A DNA stretch of 64,000 bases from Nitrospinales bacterium (GCA_965223345.1 CBDCWG010000012.1:3008001-3072000); one strand, 5' to 3'; shown: positions 28,320 through 37,211, counted from the stretch's first letter. Numbers and translations are program-made. The notes: a model not told the origin generated them from the letters alone.

Positions 28320-29492
28320 ATGAAATTCACCCACCTCAGTATTCAAAAACTAAAAGCCAAAGAAGATCGGTACGACGTTTTAGAAACCGGAGGACGTGGT
28401 TTTGGCGTTCGTGTGACCAAAAAAGGAACAAAAACGTGGATATTTTTATACCGGTTTGAAGGACGCCCACGAAGAATGACACTTGGGCGAGTGGAAGACT
28501 TACCTTTGGTTGAGGCCCGCGAACGTTGCGAGGAAGCCAGAAAATTGCTTCGGGCTGGGACTGACCCTGGACAAGCCGCTAAAACACAAAAGCGTATCAA
28601 TCGGGAGGCTCCCACCGTCGAGGATATCGTAGATGAATACCTCACTAGATGGGCGCAGGTACGAAAGGTTCCAGATTCAGCCAAAGAGGACGAGCGAATG
28701 CTCAGAAAAGATCTGATCCCACTCTACGGCTCCTGGAAAGCAAAAGATGTCACTAGGAAGGATATCCTTCGGCTTCTTGATGGCATGCTCAAAAGAGGCG
28801 CTACAGTGACCACAAACCGGACCTATGCTTGCATCCGGAAATGCTTCGGTTGGGCAGTAGAAAATGAATTAATTCCCTCCTCCCCCTGTATCAACATCAG
28901 GCCGCCAGCGCCTGAAAAACCCCGAGAACGCGTCTTATCCGAACCTGAAATCAAAGTAATCTGGCACGGTTTAGACAAAACCAATATGAGTGATCTAACC
29001 AGGCTATGTTTAAAACTTCAATTCGCCACAGGGGCTCGAAAAGGAGAATGTGTGAATCTAGAGTGGAGGGACATATCTGGAGACTGGTGGACCCTACCCT
29101 CTTCTAAAGTCAAAAATAAGCAGGCTCATCGAGTTCCATTAAACCCTATTGCCAAATTGATCCTAGATCAAGCAAACAAGTTATCAAATGGAAAGCAATG
29201 GGTATTTCCCTCTCCTCGAGGGGATAAACCAATGGGGGCAACCGCGGTTGATTTTGCAGTGCGACGAAACCGTCAAATTCTTGGAAATGAGTGGTCACCT
29301 CACGACATACGCAGAACCGTTGCGAGCATGATGGCCCTATTAGGCGTTGATCAGGCAACTATTTCCAAATGTCTTAACCATGTCCAAAGAGACATTACAT
29401 CTAGACATTACAACCAATATCAATATGACAGTGAAAAACGAGAAGCCCTTGACAGGTGGGGGCGGAAGCTCAAAGAGATTATTGAGGACTGA
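28320..29492 (+). CDS. int: Tyrosine integrase, P4-like, with arm-binding N-terminal domain
   Basis: GFGVRVTKKGTKTW..RMTLG arm-binding domain; catalytic TGARKGE, K, HDIRRT, LNH and HY all intact. Confidence 0.96.
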   Translation: MKFTHLSIQKLKAKEDRYDVLETGGRGFGVRVTKKGTKTWIFLYRFEGRPRRMTLGRVEDLPLVEARERCEEARKLLRAGTDPGQAAKTQKRINREAPTVEDIVDEYLTRWAQVRKVPDSAKEDERMLRKDLIPLYGSWKAKDVTRKDILRLLDGMLKRGATVTTNRTYACIRKCFGWAVENELIPSSPCINIRPPAPEKPRERVLSEPEIKVIWHGLDKTNMSDLTRLCLKLQFATGARKGECVNLEWRDISGDWWTLPSSKVKNKQAHRVPLNPIAKLILDQANKLSNGKQWVFPSPRGDKPMGATAVDFAVRRNRQILGNEWSPHDIRRTVASMMALLGVDQATISKCLNHVQRDITSRHYNQYQYDSEKREALDRWGRKLKEIIED

Positions 29493-30269
29493 TTGGTGAG
29501 AAATAAATCAGGGTATGAAAAAAAGGGCCGCGACCTTTTGAAGAAAATTAAGAGAATCGAAAATAGTTTGATCAAAAAACATGGGATCACCAACAACGAG
29601 GCCGCATGTAATGATCCTCAGTATGGGAAATATAGTGATTTGCTTTCTGAATACTACAAATTAAAGGAGAATCCACAACGTTTTGAAGATTTATATTTAG
29701 AAATATTGCCAGATGAGTTTTGGGAACAATGGGAGTTTCATAAAGGGAAAGAAAAATATTTACACGACATAAACTTGAATGAAGTATTAGAAAAAGCAAA
29801 AAAGAAAACAGGAAAAGCAAATATTGAAATAGAGCTTCCTTTTGAAGAATTCAAAACACTTTTGGATGCCTTATTAATAGCCAGAAAATATCAGAACACA
29901 ATTTCAGACAATAAACGAATATTAGAAATTTGGACTCCTGATTTTGTACTAGGCAAAAAGATTAGAGAAAAAAATATAAAAATAGCCAAAGATAGAAAAG
30001 GAAAACTGGGCCCCCTGGGAACTTGCATTTTAGGTCTTAAAAATATTGCAGGTATAAAGCGTAGTGACCAAGTGATAAAAACCTTTGAAGACGATTCTAA
30101 AAATAAGAGCGTGTATATGGATGATCTTCGTAGTCATCGTACCTACCAGATTGATTTCCGAATTCAGGAAGTCTCCCACGAAAAAAAGAAAGTATTTTAC
30201 ACAACCTCCAATAGCGAATCTTCTTGGACCTTCAAAACAATCCAAAATGTTATATCTGAATTGAAGTAA
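29493..30269 (+). CDS. Hypothetical Lys-rich element protein
   Basis: 258-aa AT-rich ORF filling the int-alpA interval. Confidence 0.65.
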   Translation: MVRNKSGYEKKGRDLLKKIKRIENSLIKKHGITNNEAACNDPQYGKYSDLLSEYYKLKENPQRFEDLYLEILPDEFWEQWEFHKGKEKYLHDINLNEVLEKAKKKTGKANIEIELPFEEFKTLLDALLIARKYQNTISDNKRILEIWTPDFVLGKKIREKNIKIAKDRKGKLGPLGTCILGLKNIAGIKRSDQVIKTFEDDSKNKSVYMDDLRSHRTYQIDFRIQEVSHEKKKVFYTTSNSESSWTFKTIQNVISELK

Positions 30270-30409
30270 TCCTCCCCCCTCAGCTCCAACCAATATTCTT
30301 CAAATATTTTCAAAATTCCCTATAAGCATTCCCGGAATGCCACGTTTCCGGGATTTTGGTTTGCTTTAATTGAGTTCAGAACTTGTTATTAATTTATAGG
30401 AGCTGACTC

Positions 30410-30604
30410 ATGCTGCGAGCGAAAGACCTAGAAAAACGCTGGGGGATTTGCCGGACTACTCTTTGGCAGTGGGAACGAAAACAGATCATTCCTCCCTCGG
30501 TAAGGCTGGGGCCCCGCATAAAGGGATGGCCTGAGAAAGCAATTGAGGAATTTGAAGCCAATTGTCCGGCAGCTCTGGTAGGGGTTGGAAAGGGCAAAGA
30601 ATGA
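30410..30604 (+). CDS. alpA: AlpA-family excisionase/regulator
   Basis: MLRAKDLEKRWGICRTTLWQWERKQIIPPSVRLGPRIKGW; RBS AGGAG. Confidence 0.9.
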   Translation: MLRAKDLEKRWGICRTTLWQWERKQIIPPSVRLGPRIKGWPEKAIEEFEANCPAALVGVGKGKE

Positions 30605-31587
30605 GAAAGAAACTGCCTGCATTCCAGTTTTATCCGGGTGATTGGAAAAAGGATCCTGGAATCCAGGCATTGACTTACGAGGAGAGAGGCATTTGGTTCG
30701 AGATCCTCCTCATAATGTTCGAGTCCGAAGATCGTGGGAAACTCACGATCAACCGAAAGAAATTGCCGATAGATTTGCTTGCCGTTTGCTTGGGACTTGA
30801 CGAAAAAATAACTGAAAAATTTCTCAATAAATTACTCGACTTAGGCGTCGCAAAAAAGGAAAGAAAGACCGGAATCATCTACTCAAAACGTATGGTTTCG
30901 GATGAAAAATTGAGAAAAGTGAAGGCTGAGGCAGGGCGTAAAGGTGGAGAAAATAAGAAGTTAGAGAAGAACGATAAAGGGGAAGTAAAACCCAAGCAAA
31001 AGCGAAGCAAAACGAAAGCAAAAGGTGAAGCAAATCCGGGGTCTTCATCTTCAGTTTCAGTTTCATCTTCTTCTTCAAATTATAAACAAACAACCCCCCC
31101 CTACCCCCCCCCAAAGGGGGGTGGGGAGTGGGAGGTTTTTTTTGAGGAGGATTGGGGCAAATACCCCTACAAGGTCGGTGCCGATAAGTCGAAAGCAAAG
31201 TCCTCATACAAAAAAACGGTGGCTTATGACATTGGCACCAGGCGCCCGATGTTCCAGGAAAAGACCAAAAAGTATCTGATGATTTGTAAACAGAAAGGTC
31301 GGCTTTTGAAAAATGCAGAAACTTGGTTCCGGAGCTGGGAAAACATCCATTTGGAAACAAACGAAATGGACTCACTTAAAAAACGATTGGACGAGATCGA
31401 TCGAGAAATGAAACAGGATAATCCCGCTTCGCTTGAAGAGCAATACGAATCGTTGAGGTTAAGTTTAGAAGCTCTGGATAAAGAGAACGATGGTTCAGAT
31501 GCTCACTTGACAGAAGTTGATAGAGAAAATCTGCAGGAAGAAATAGAAAAACTTAAAAAAATTATAAACGAAAAAACGCGGGCATGA
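30601..31587 (+). CDS. Phage-type replication initiator (DUF1376/replisome-organiser-like HTH)
   Basis: ATGA overlap with alpA; PAFQFYPGDW..LTYEERGIW, IYSKRM..AEAGRKGG; Ser/Pro linker TPPYPPPKGG; FEEDWGKYP...AETWF. Confidence 0.8.
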   Translation: MRKKLPAFQFYPGDWKKDPGIQALTYEERGIWFEILLIMFESEDRGKLTINRKKLPIDLLAVCLGLDEKITEKFLNKLLDLGVAKKERKTGIIYSKRMVSDEKLRKVKAEAGRKGGENKKLEKNDKGEVKPKQKRSKTKAKGEANPGSSSSVSVSSSSSNYKQTTPPYPPPKGGGEWEVFFEEDWGKYPYKVGADKSKAKSSYKKTVAYDIGTRRPMFQEKTKKYLMICKQKGRLLKNAETWFRSWENIHLETNEMDSLKKRLDEIDREMKQDNPASLEEQYESLRLSLEALDKENDGSDAHLTEVDRENLQEEIEKLKKIINEKTRA

Positions 31588-31838
31588 AAAAACCAAGTGT
31601 TTTTCCGAATCAGGCCAGCAAGTAACCCAGGGTTGGTAACCCGTTTCCCGGATCCGGCGTGTTCTTGGAGGGTGAAACCTGGCTATTTATTAAAATCCTC
31701 AAAAGCAATTCGCGTCCTAAATCGAGATACCTTGGCGGGTGGACCGAGGCCGGATGCGGATTGAAGGAGGTAGCGGAAATATTTTTTGTAGAGAGTTTAA
31801 CTTAAAAACCAATCAACCTATTTATTTGAGGTGAAAAT

Positions 31839-33113
31839 ATGGAATCCGTTGCAGAACAAGAACGAAAAAGAATCAGGGCAATTCATCTCTTGGGCTATGA
31901 GTTCGGGAGGCAACAGGATGCAGAAGCCGCAATTGAAAACGGAATGAGCGTAGATACGTTTCGGGAGAAGTACGTTAAATCGATTGGCCAGGGGCACAAT
32001 TACTCAATCCCTGATGAAATTGGCTTGACCAAGCGTGAAATCAGCTCGTTTTCGGTTGTCCGGGCTTTGGCGAGCCTTGTCAACAAAGGCGACCTTAGGG
32101 ACGCACCCTTTGAGTATGAAGTCCACCAAACCTACCAAAAACAATCTGGGCGTGTCCTGAGGGGAGAAAAAGGATTTCATGTCCCTTCGGAAGTGTTGCG
32201 CGAAAAACGTGATTTGACGGTCGGCACGGCCACCGCTGGCGGCCACACAGTGGCTACCGACGTTCTAGGCAGCTCGTTCATCGACATTCTCCGAAATTCG
32301 ATGCAGGTGGCACGCTTGGGTGCGACGATTCTGGACGGGTTGGTTGGCGATGTCGCAATCCCTAGGCAGACCGGGGCAGCAACGGCGTTTTGGATTGCAG
32401 AGAATGCGAACCTCACAGAGAGCGATCACACTTTTGACCAAGTGCCCATGACACCCACAACTGTGGGTGGATTCACAGACCTTTCCCGTCGTCTTCTCTT
32501 GCAGTCCTCGATCGACGTGGAAGCATTCGTCCGCCGGGATCTGGCCGCAATCATCGGCTTGGCCGTGGATTTGGCTGCTATCAATGGATCCGGTGCCGGC
32601 AACCAACCTCTCGGGATCCTTGGAACCGCTGGAATTGGAGATGTTGACGGAGCCGGAGCGAATGGTGACGCCCCGACCTGGGCGGACATTGTAAACCTGG
32701 AAAAAGAGGTTGCCGTGGACAATGCAGCCTTTGGAAGACTGGGTTATCTCACTAATTCCAGTGTTGTCGCTAAACTCAAGATCACTGAGAAGGCCGCTTC
32801 AACGGCAAAATTCCTTATTGAGGACAAATTGCCAGAAGGTGGCTTTATGCAACTGAACGGGCACAGGCTCGCATCGAGCAACCAGGTTCCCAATAACCTG
32901 GTTAAGGGTGCCTCCGGAGCAACCCTTTCCGCGATCATCTTCGGCAATTGGGCGGACTTGCTCATTGGCCAGTGGGGCGGGCTGGACATTCTGGTAGATC
33001 CGTTCACAGGCGGAATTTCTGGCAGGGTCCGGGTGATTGCGATGAGGGACACCGACATTGCCATCCGACACCCTCAGAGTTTTTCGGCCAAGCAGGACAC
33101 AGTTACAACCTGA
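31839..33113 (+). CDS. HK97-fold major capsid protein (no protease domain)
   Basis: RBS GAGGTG; RDLTVGTATAGGHTVAT, IPRQTG, LSRRLLLQSSIDVE, LNGHRLASSNQVP, IIFGNWADLLIGQWGGLDILVDP, DIAIRHPQSF. Confidence 0.93.
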   Translation: MESVAEQERKRIRAIHLLGYEFGRQQDAEAAIENGMSVDTFREKYVKSIGQGHNYSIPDEIGLTKREISSFSVVRALASLVNKGDLRDAPFEYEVHQTYQKQSGRVLRGEKGFHVPSEVLREKRDLTVGTATAGGHTVATDVLGSSFIDILRNSMQVARLGATILDGLVGDVAIPRQTGAATAFWIAENANLTESDHTFDQVPMTPTTVGGFTDLSRRLLLQSSIDVEAFVRRDLAAIIGLAVDLAAINGSGAGNQPLGILGTAGIGDVDGAGANGDAPTWADIVNLEKEVAVDNAAFGRLGYLTNSSVVAKLKITEKAASTAKFLIEDKLPEGGFMQLNGHRLASSNQVPNNLVKGASGATLSAIIFGNWADLLIGQWGGLDILVDPFTGGISGRVRVIAMRDTDIAIRHPQSFSAKQDTVTT

Positions 33114-33320
33114 CGCTGCCATTGCCATGCGTGGCTGGCATACCACGTAGGCAGCGCCAACCCGGCGGTTCTTTTTTGATTGGAGACCCTCCTCTTTCCA
33201 ATCAAAGTTCTTCCCGCCGGTACACGGGGCGGGTGTTTCTGGCCATCCGTGAGCCCCCTCCCAAGCGGCCTTTCCAACCGCTTCACGGGGGCATTATCTT
33301 CCATATTGTTGAGGTGCGAG

Positions 33321-33518
33321 ATGGGGAATTGGACCATACCAAAAGACCGAAAACGATATATTGACCGCATGTTGCGCCCATTGGGTGATGAATCCATTGA
33401 GGACCAAATAAAGCAGGAGGCGCGGACATTATGGGAGGGCTGCCAAGAAATACGAAAGCATCATCAATCCTTCCAACACTATGTGAATGCCCTGCTCAGT
33501 GGCGAAGAGAGGCTCTAA
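33321..33518 (+). CDS. Small hypothetical protein immediately upstream of the cos site
   Basis: ATG 33321 after GAGGTG; 65 aa starting MGNWTIPKDRKRYIDRML. Confidence 0.55.
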   Translation: MGNWTIPKDRKRYIDRMLRPLGDESIEDQIKQEARTLWEGCQEIRKHHQSFQHYVNALLSGEERL

Positions 33519-33528
33519 ATTTCATTGC

Positions 33529-33583
33529 GGGTCCTTCCTGGCAACAAGAATTGCGGGTCCGCGGCAGCGCGGAAAACGGCTAG
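33529..33583 (+). other. Lambda-like cos packaging site (cosQ-cosN)
   Basis: GGGTCCT (33529-35, the lambda cosQ sequence), 20 nt, then TTGCG^GGTCCGCGGCAG^CGCGGAAAACGGCTA, paralleling lambda TTACG^GGGCGGCGACCT^CGCGGGTTTTCGCTA. Confidence 0.72.
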
Positions 33584-33713
33584 ATATTAGGTTGAAAAAA
33601 CAGGTTTAAGTTTAAGGTTAATGGTTGAATGTAAATTTTTTTTAAATATCTGAATAAATATGCTTTAAGTGCGTTCGCTGTTCACTAATCGGTTTACATT
33701 TTTTTGTACATAG

Positions 33714-33742
33714 TTGACACCCTCCCTTCCCAAGCCCATATT
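33714..33742 (+). promoter_or_regulatory. Sigma-70 promoter of the c4-regulated transcript
   Basis: TTGACA-N17-CATATT. Confidence 0.65.
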
Positions 33743-33810
33743 CCCCATTGACCAAACCATAGGGGCGATCCCCTGGCCAAATGGGGTATTTTTATGCCCA
33801 AATTAGCTTT

Positions 33811-33874
33811 GGTCGAGTGTCCTGGATACCGTGAGGTCCGGGGCGGTTCCTATGGTCCGCGTCAGCACTCGGCC
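33811..33874 (+). ncRNA. c4/CI-type antisense RNA; a1b1 target at 33749-33763
   Basis: P1 GGTCGAGTG/CACTCGGCC; P2 capped by a GUGA tetraloop; P3 loop CCTATGG and linker GTCA complementary to upstream CCATAGG and TGAC. Confidence 0.78.
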
Positions 33875-33897
33875 TTTTAAAATGGAGGGGAATTGCA

Positions 33898-34230
33898 ATG
33901 CAACATACTTCAAATCTAATTAAGTTCTTGAGAAAAGTCAGCCCTGACCTTAACGAAGATCAAAAATTAGAGATGGACAGAATTTTGGACCATGTGATCG
34001 AGGAGAACATGCAGGCTCTTAAAGGAGTCGGGCAACTTTTGGGGCATGCCAGTTGTGACAATGAAATGTATATAGAGGCAGAGGAACTTTGTGACATTGG
34101 GAATCTGATAGGTGGAATAGCCAGCATTACAGAAACTTCTTATTCGATGAGCCACACCAGGCTTGAAATGTTGAAGAGAGTAGCAGGTGAAAAGCCTGTG
34201 AAGATAGTTAAGGGGGGGGGCGGGAAGTGA
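33898..34230 (+). CDS. Hypothetical helical protein downstream of the c4 RNA
   Basis: 110 aa; RBS GGAGGGG; followed by a terminator. Confidence 0.7.
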   Translation: MQHTSNLIKFLRKVSPDLNEDQKLEMDRILDHVIEENMQALKGVGQLLGHASCDNEMYIEAEELCDIGNLIGGIASITETSYSMSHTRLEMLKRVAGEKPVKIVKGGGGK

Positions 34231-34232
34231 AT

Positions 34233-34265
34233 GAAAAGGGGGAGCTGTTTAAGGTTCCTCTTTTT
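34233..34265 (+). terminator. Rho-independent terminator
   Basis: GAAAAGGGGGAGCT-GTTTA-AGGTTCCTCTTTTT. Confidence 0.7.
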
Positions 34266-34313
34266 CGGAGCGAGGTTTGATGGCATTTAGATAGAAATTC
34301 CAAAAAATACAAA

Positions 34314-35033
34314 ATGGCTCAATCGCGAAAAGACCTTACAGAAAGGTACATTCGGACTTCATGGATCATCAAAATTCGGTTGATGAGTTCCCGACGCCAA
34401 TTATGGGGCAAACAAGTATCCCTAATCCATTTGGAAAGCGCTTGCTTACAAATGCGCAAGATTTGTGAATGCATTACGCAATTGTGTCTGATTGCCGCAG
34501 ATATTAATTTTAAGGATATTCCCAAAAAAATTCGCAAAATGTATGAGGTCGGCAAGATATTGAATTACCTTAAAAAGAGTAATCGCTTGAGTTTTATTTC
34601 TCGTGCTCGACTCAAGTGCGCTGATGAAGATTCAACACCTAAACTATGGACACTAGATAAAAAAGATCCTCAGGATGATGATCGGAAACGTGTTGTGAAA
34701 ATTTTCAACAGCTGTGGAAACATTATTCACGAGACTTCGGCATACAAGCCTTTTCCATGCACTACCGAGGAAGCGATCGGTACACTGGCGCACACCCGTA
34801 ATGCTATTTGCGCTGATCACCAATGGCTTTGGAATTTCATGTGGCAACATGCAATAAAAATCGTTGACTCAAAAATATTTTTCATTGATTTTCGCGATCA
34901 AAAAGTCCTAACAAGACCTTTGCTGATAAAGCATTCTGGATTTTTGGATCAAGAACTCGATTTCCAATTCGTTCCAGAATTCGTATCTGATTTCGTGGAG
35001 CCGGTGAACTGGGATGAATTTGATGACGCGTGA
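34314..35033 (+). CDS. Hypothetical cargo protein, possibly HEPN-like
   Basis: 239 aa; ESACLQMRKICECI helix and CGNIIHE motif. Confidence 0.6.
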   Translation: MAQSRKDLTERYIRTSWIIKIRLMSSRRQLWGKQVSLIHLESACLQMRKICECITQLCLIAADINFKDIPKKIRKMYEVGKILNYLKKSNRLSFISRARLKCADEDSTPKLWTLDKKDPQDDDRKRVVKIFNSCGNIIHETSAYKPFPCTTEEAIGTLAHTRNAICADHQWLWNFMWQHAIKIVDSKIFFIDFRDQKVLTRPLLIKHSGFLDQELDFQFVPEFVSDFVEPVNWDEFDDA

Positions 35034-35221
35034 GTTTGGTCGGATGCAGTAAAAGTCTGCCCTAGATTAGGGAAACATGCGGATTGTTCCTACTCAACCA
35101 TATTTGAGGATTTTGAGTCGTTATCGAATGTCCGCTTTTGGCCGAATGCGGACATGTCTGCTAACGACCCAAAGCGGATATAACGAAATTTTTAAATTCT
35201 CTGACCACTTTGCAACTTTAA

Positions 35222-35434
35222 TTAATCGAGATTATTATTTTTTGAAGCATCTGGGTTTGAAACAGGTGTATTAACACCGTTAATTTTCCTAATATGATAA
35301 TTAGGGTAATTGTCAGCTTGTATTTCCTTCACAAACTGTGCTCTAGACATTACTTTCCCATTGCTATTATCCTTAAATTGTTGGTTTCTCCCAGAGTTAC
35401 TTTCTTTGGTAACCGTTATTCTCTTTCTAGCCAT
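35222..35434 (-). CDS. Small DUF3892-like protein
   Basis: ATG 35434 after AGGAGA; MSRAQFVKEI...SNPDASKNNNLD signature. Confidence 0.7.
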   Translation of the reverse strand: MARKRITVTKESNSGRNQQFKDNSNGKVMSRAQFVKEIQADNYPNYHIRKINGVNTPVSNPDASKNNNLD

Positions 35435-35495
35435 GATGTTATCTCCTAAATAGTGATTCAATATTGCTTAAAACTTATTCTGGCTTCTTTTTTTA

Positions 35496-35999
35496 TTATT
35501 GAGATGCAGATATTTCTACTGTTTTTCCTTTTTGCGTTTTCGTTAATTTCCCTTCCAGATCAAAGATTACTTCGATTGGAAGATTGGCCACATTTTGCCA
35601 AGCATTACCGCTATTTTTTTTCCTTTCCAGATCTATTTTAAAATTGTAGACCCCTGGGCCTTTTAGGTGAAACTGTCTAAAGTTTAAAATATTCCTTCTA
35701 TTTTGATATTTCAATAAATCAATTTCTGTTTCAATGCGATATAAAGACTTTTTATCAGGGGCAAATAAAGTTGCCCGAGTATTAACAATTTCAGGCTTAT
35801 TAAAAACAGAGCGGGTCCATAAAGTCGTTATTGAAAAGATGAAAGGAATTATAATCGTACTCCCCTTTTTATATTTAGCGGGCCCGGGTCCCGAAATAGT
35901 AATTCGCTCAAGGACATCAAATAGACTAAGGTTATTTGTATGATTATCTACTACAGCTTTATTGGATATAATGGACCATACATGTTTTGCCATTAGCAC
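35496..35999 (-). CDS. DUF6941-like beta-rich protein
   Basis: AVVDNHTNNLSLFDVLERI...GPGVYNFKI...LPIEV pattern. Confidence 0.7.
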   Translation of the reverse strand: MLMAKHVWSIISNKAVVDNHTNNLSLFDVLERITISGPGPAKYKKGSTIIIPFIFSITTLWTRSVFNKPEIVNTRATLFAPDKKSLYRIETEIDLLKYQNRRNILNFRQFHLKGPGVYNFKIDLERKKNSGNAWQNVANLPIEVIFDLEGKLTKTQKGKTVEISASQ

Positions 36000-36074
36000 A
36001 ACACCTGATAGAAAAATATTGCTTATTAATTTGATTTATACTGTTTAAAAATAAATCATAGAAACCAGAATATT

Positions 36075-36566
36075 TTAATTTATCCTAACGGGAGTATCCT
36101 GATTAATATTAGCCATCCAACCCTCATGAATTTCAGGGGGATATTCAGATTCATATGAAGAAGTTCTAGTAACAGAGAAGGTTATTGGTTCATTTTCAAC
36201 TTCAATCCGGTAATCGAAAAAATCATCCATGGCATTTGGTTGCAAGACCTCAATTCGATTTTCAGAAGATATTCTTTCTTTCCATTCGACAATTACATCT
36301 GTTGGTGCAATATGGATATGGGGTGCAGAATCTAAAGCAAGGGCTAATTTACAAATACTTTTAATCGATAAGTTCTCATTTCCATTTAATAGCTTGCTTA
36401 CATAAGCCTCAGAAGTACCCAAAAGGTTTGATAGTTTTTTCTGGCTTATTCCCTTTTTTTTCATTATTCGCCAAATGTCTTCCGTAAGTTCAAGAGAAAG
36501 TAATCCCTCCCAATAAGCTTGGGACTTCTTAGCATTACTTAAAAATTTCTTGTATTTCCTTTTCAT
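36075..36566 (-). CDS. higA: XRE-HTH antitoxin (HigA-like) with long C-terminal extension
   Basis: MKKKGISQKKLSNLLGTSEAYVSKLLNGNENLSIKSICKLALALD; about 70 extra C-terminal residues. Confidence 0.8.
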   Translation of the reverse strand: MKRKYKKFLSNAKKSQAYWEGLLSLELTEDIWRIMKKKGISQKKLSNLLGTSEAYVSKLLNGNENLSIKSICKLALALDSAPHIHIAPTDVIVEWKERISSENRIEVLQPNAMDDFFDYRIEVENEPITFSVTRTSSYESEYPPEIHEGWMANINQDTPVRIN

Positions 36567-36575
36567 AAAAATTCC

Positions 36576-36983
36576 TCAACATTTTGTAGTCAGTTTATTC
36601 TTAGCTTTATCATTAAAATAAGCATTTTTAATACTTTTAGCTTTCTCAATTTCTTCTGGAGGAGTTTTTTGGGTATCTTTAATAAAACCATGGGAGCAAA
36701 TTATCAAATTACCTTCATCATAAAAAAAAAGAACTCTCACCTTAGGTCCATTTTTTGGACCTGTCTTAAAATAAAAAATTTTATCCCCTAATGATCCAGA
36801 CTTATTTGGGTTTTTAGGCACGCCATGTGTGGGGACAAATTCTTGCAAAAGACCAAGCATTTTTTCCTTGTGAGTCTTACTTTTGGTTTCGTCTAATAAA
36901 AAATCTAAAAGTGGAATATCGTCATTATCTTTGGCGAAAGCTAAAACAGTCCATTTATTTTTTGCTATTTGAAATAACTTCAT
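36576..36983 (-). CDS. higB: RelE/ParE-superfamily toxin (HigB/Gp49-like)
   Basis: LGDKIFYFK..VRVLFFYD..IICSHGFIKDTQKTPPEEIEKAK; toxin-first order. Confidence 0.85.
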   Translation of the reverse strand: MKLFQIAKNKWTVLAFAKDNDDIPLLDFLLDETKSKTHKEKMLGLLQEFVPTHGVPKNPNKSGSLGDKIFYFKTGPKNGPKVRVLFFYDEGNLIICSHGFIKDTQKTPPEEIEKAKSIKNAYFNDKAKNKLTTKC

Positions 36984-36984
36984 C

Positions 36985-37069
36985 TTAACTAATGGGTTAA
37001 CTCTGTCAAGGCCCTTTTTCTTAATATGCGCAATCGCAATAACTTAACCCATAAGTTAACTTTTGTCAA
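36985..37069 (-). promoter_or_regulatory. TA promoter with two palindromic operators
   Basis: Minus strand TTGACA(37069-64)-N17-TAAGTT; TTAAC-N6-GTTAA boxes at 36985-37000 and 37044-37059. Confidence 0.7.
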
Positions 37070-37211
37070 GCTATCATTTGAAGTCAGCTTCATATGAATT
37101 GTCCAGGAAAGGGCTGGAAAATTGGGGATATGACTTTTGCCGGGTTTAGCCTGGTCGATCGGGCATCAATGTGAACCTCTGATTTTTGCTACCCATCACG
37201 CTACCCCAAAC

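Noticed and set aside
31584..31804. Possible pseudogene between rep and capsid (MKKPSVFPNQASK* then an open frame)
   Set aside because: No recognisable homology; could equally be non-coding origin or promoter DNA.
34212..34220. G9 tract as a phase-variation switch
   Set aside because: Lies in the last codons of the ORF, so slippage would alter only the extreme C-terminus.
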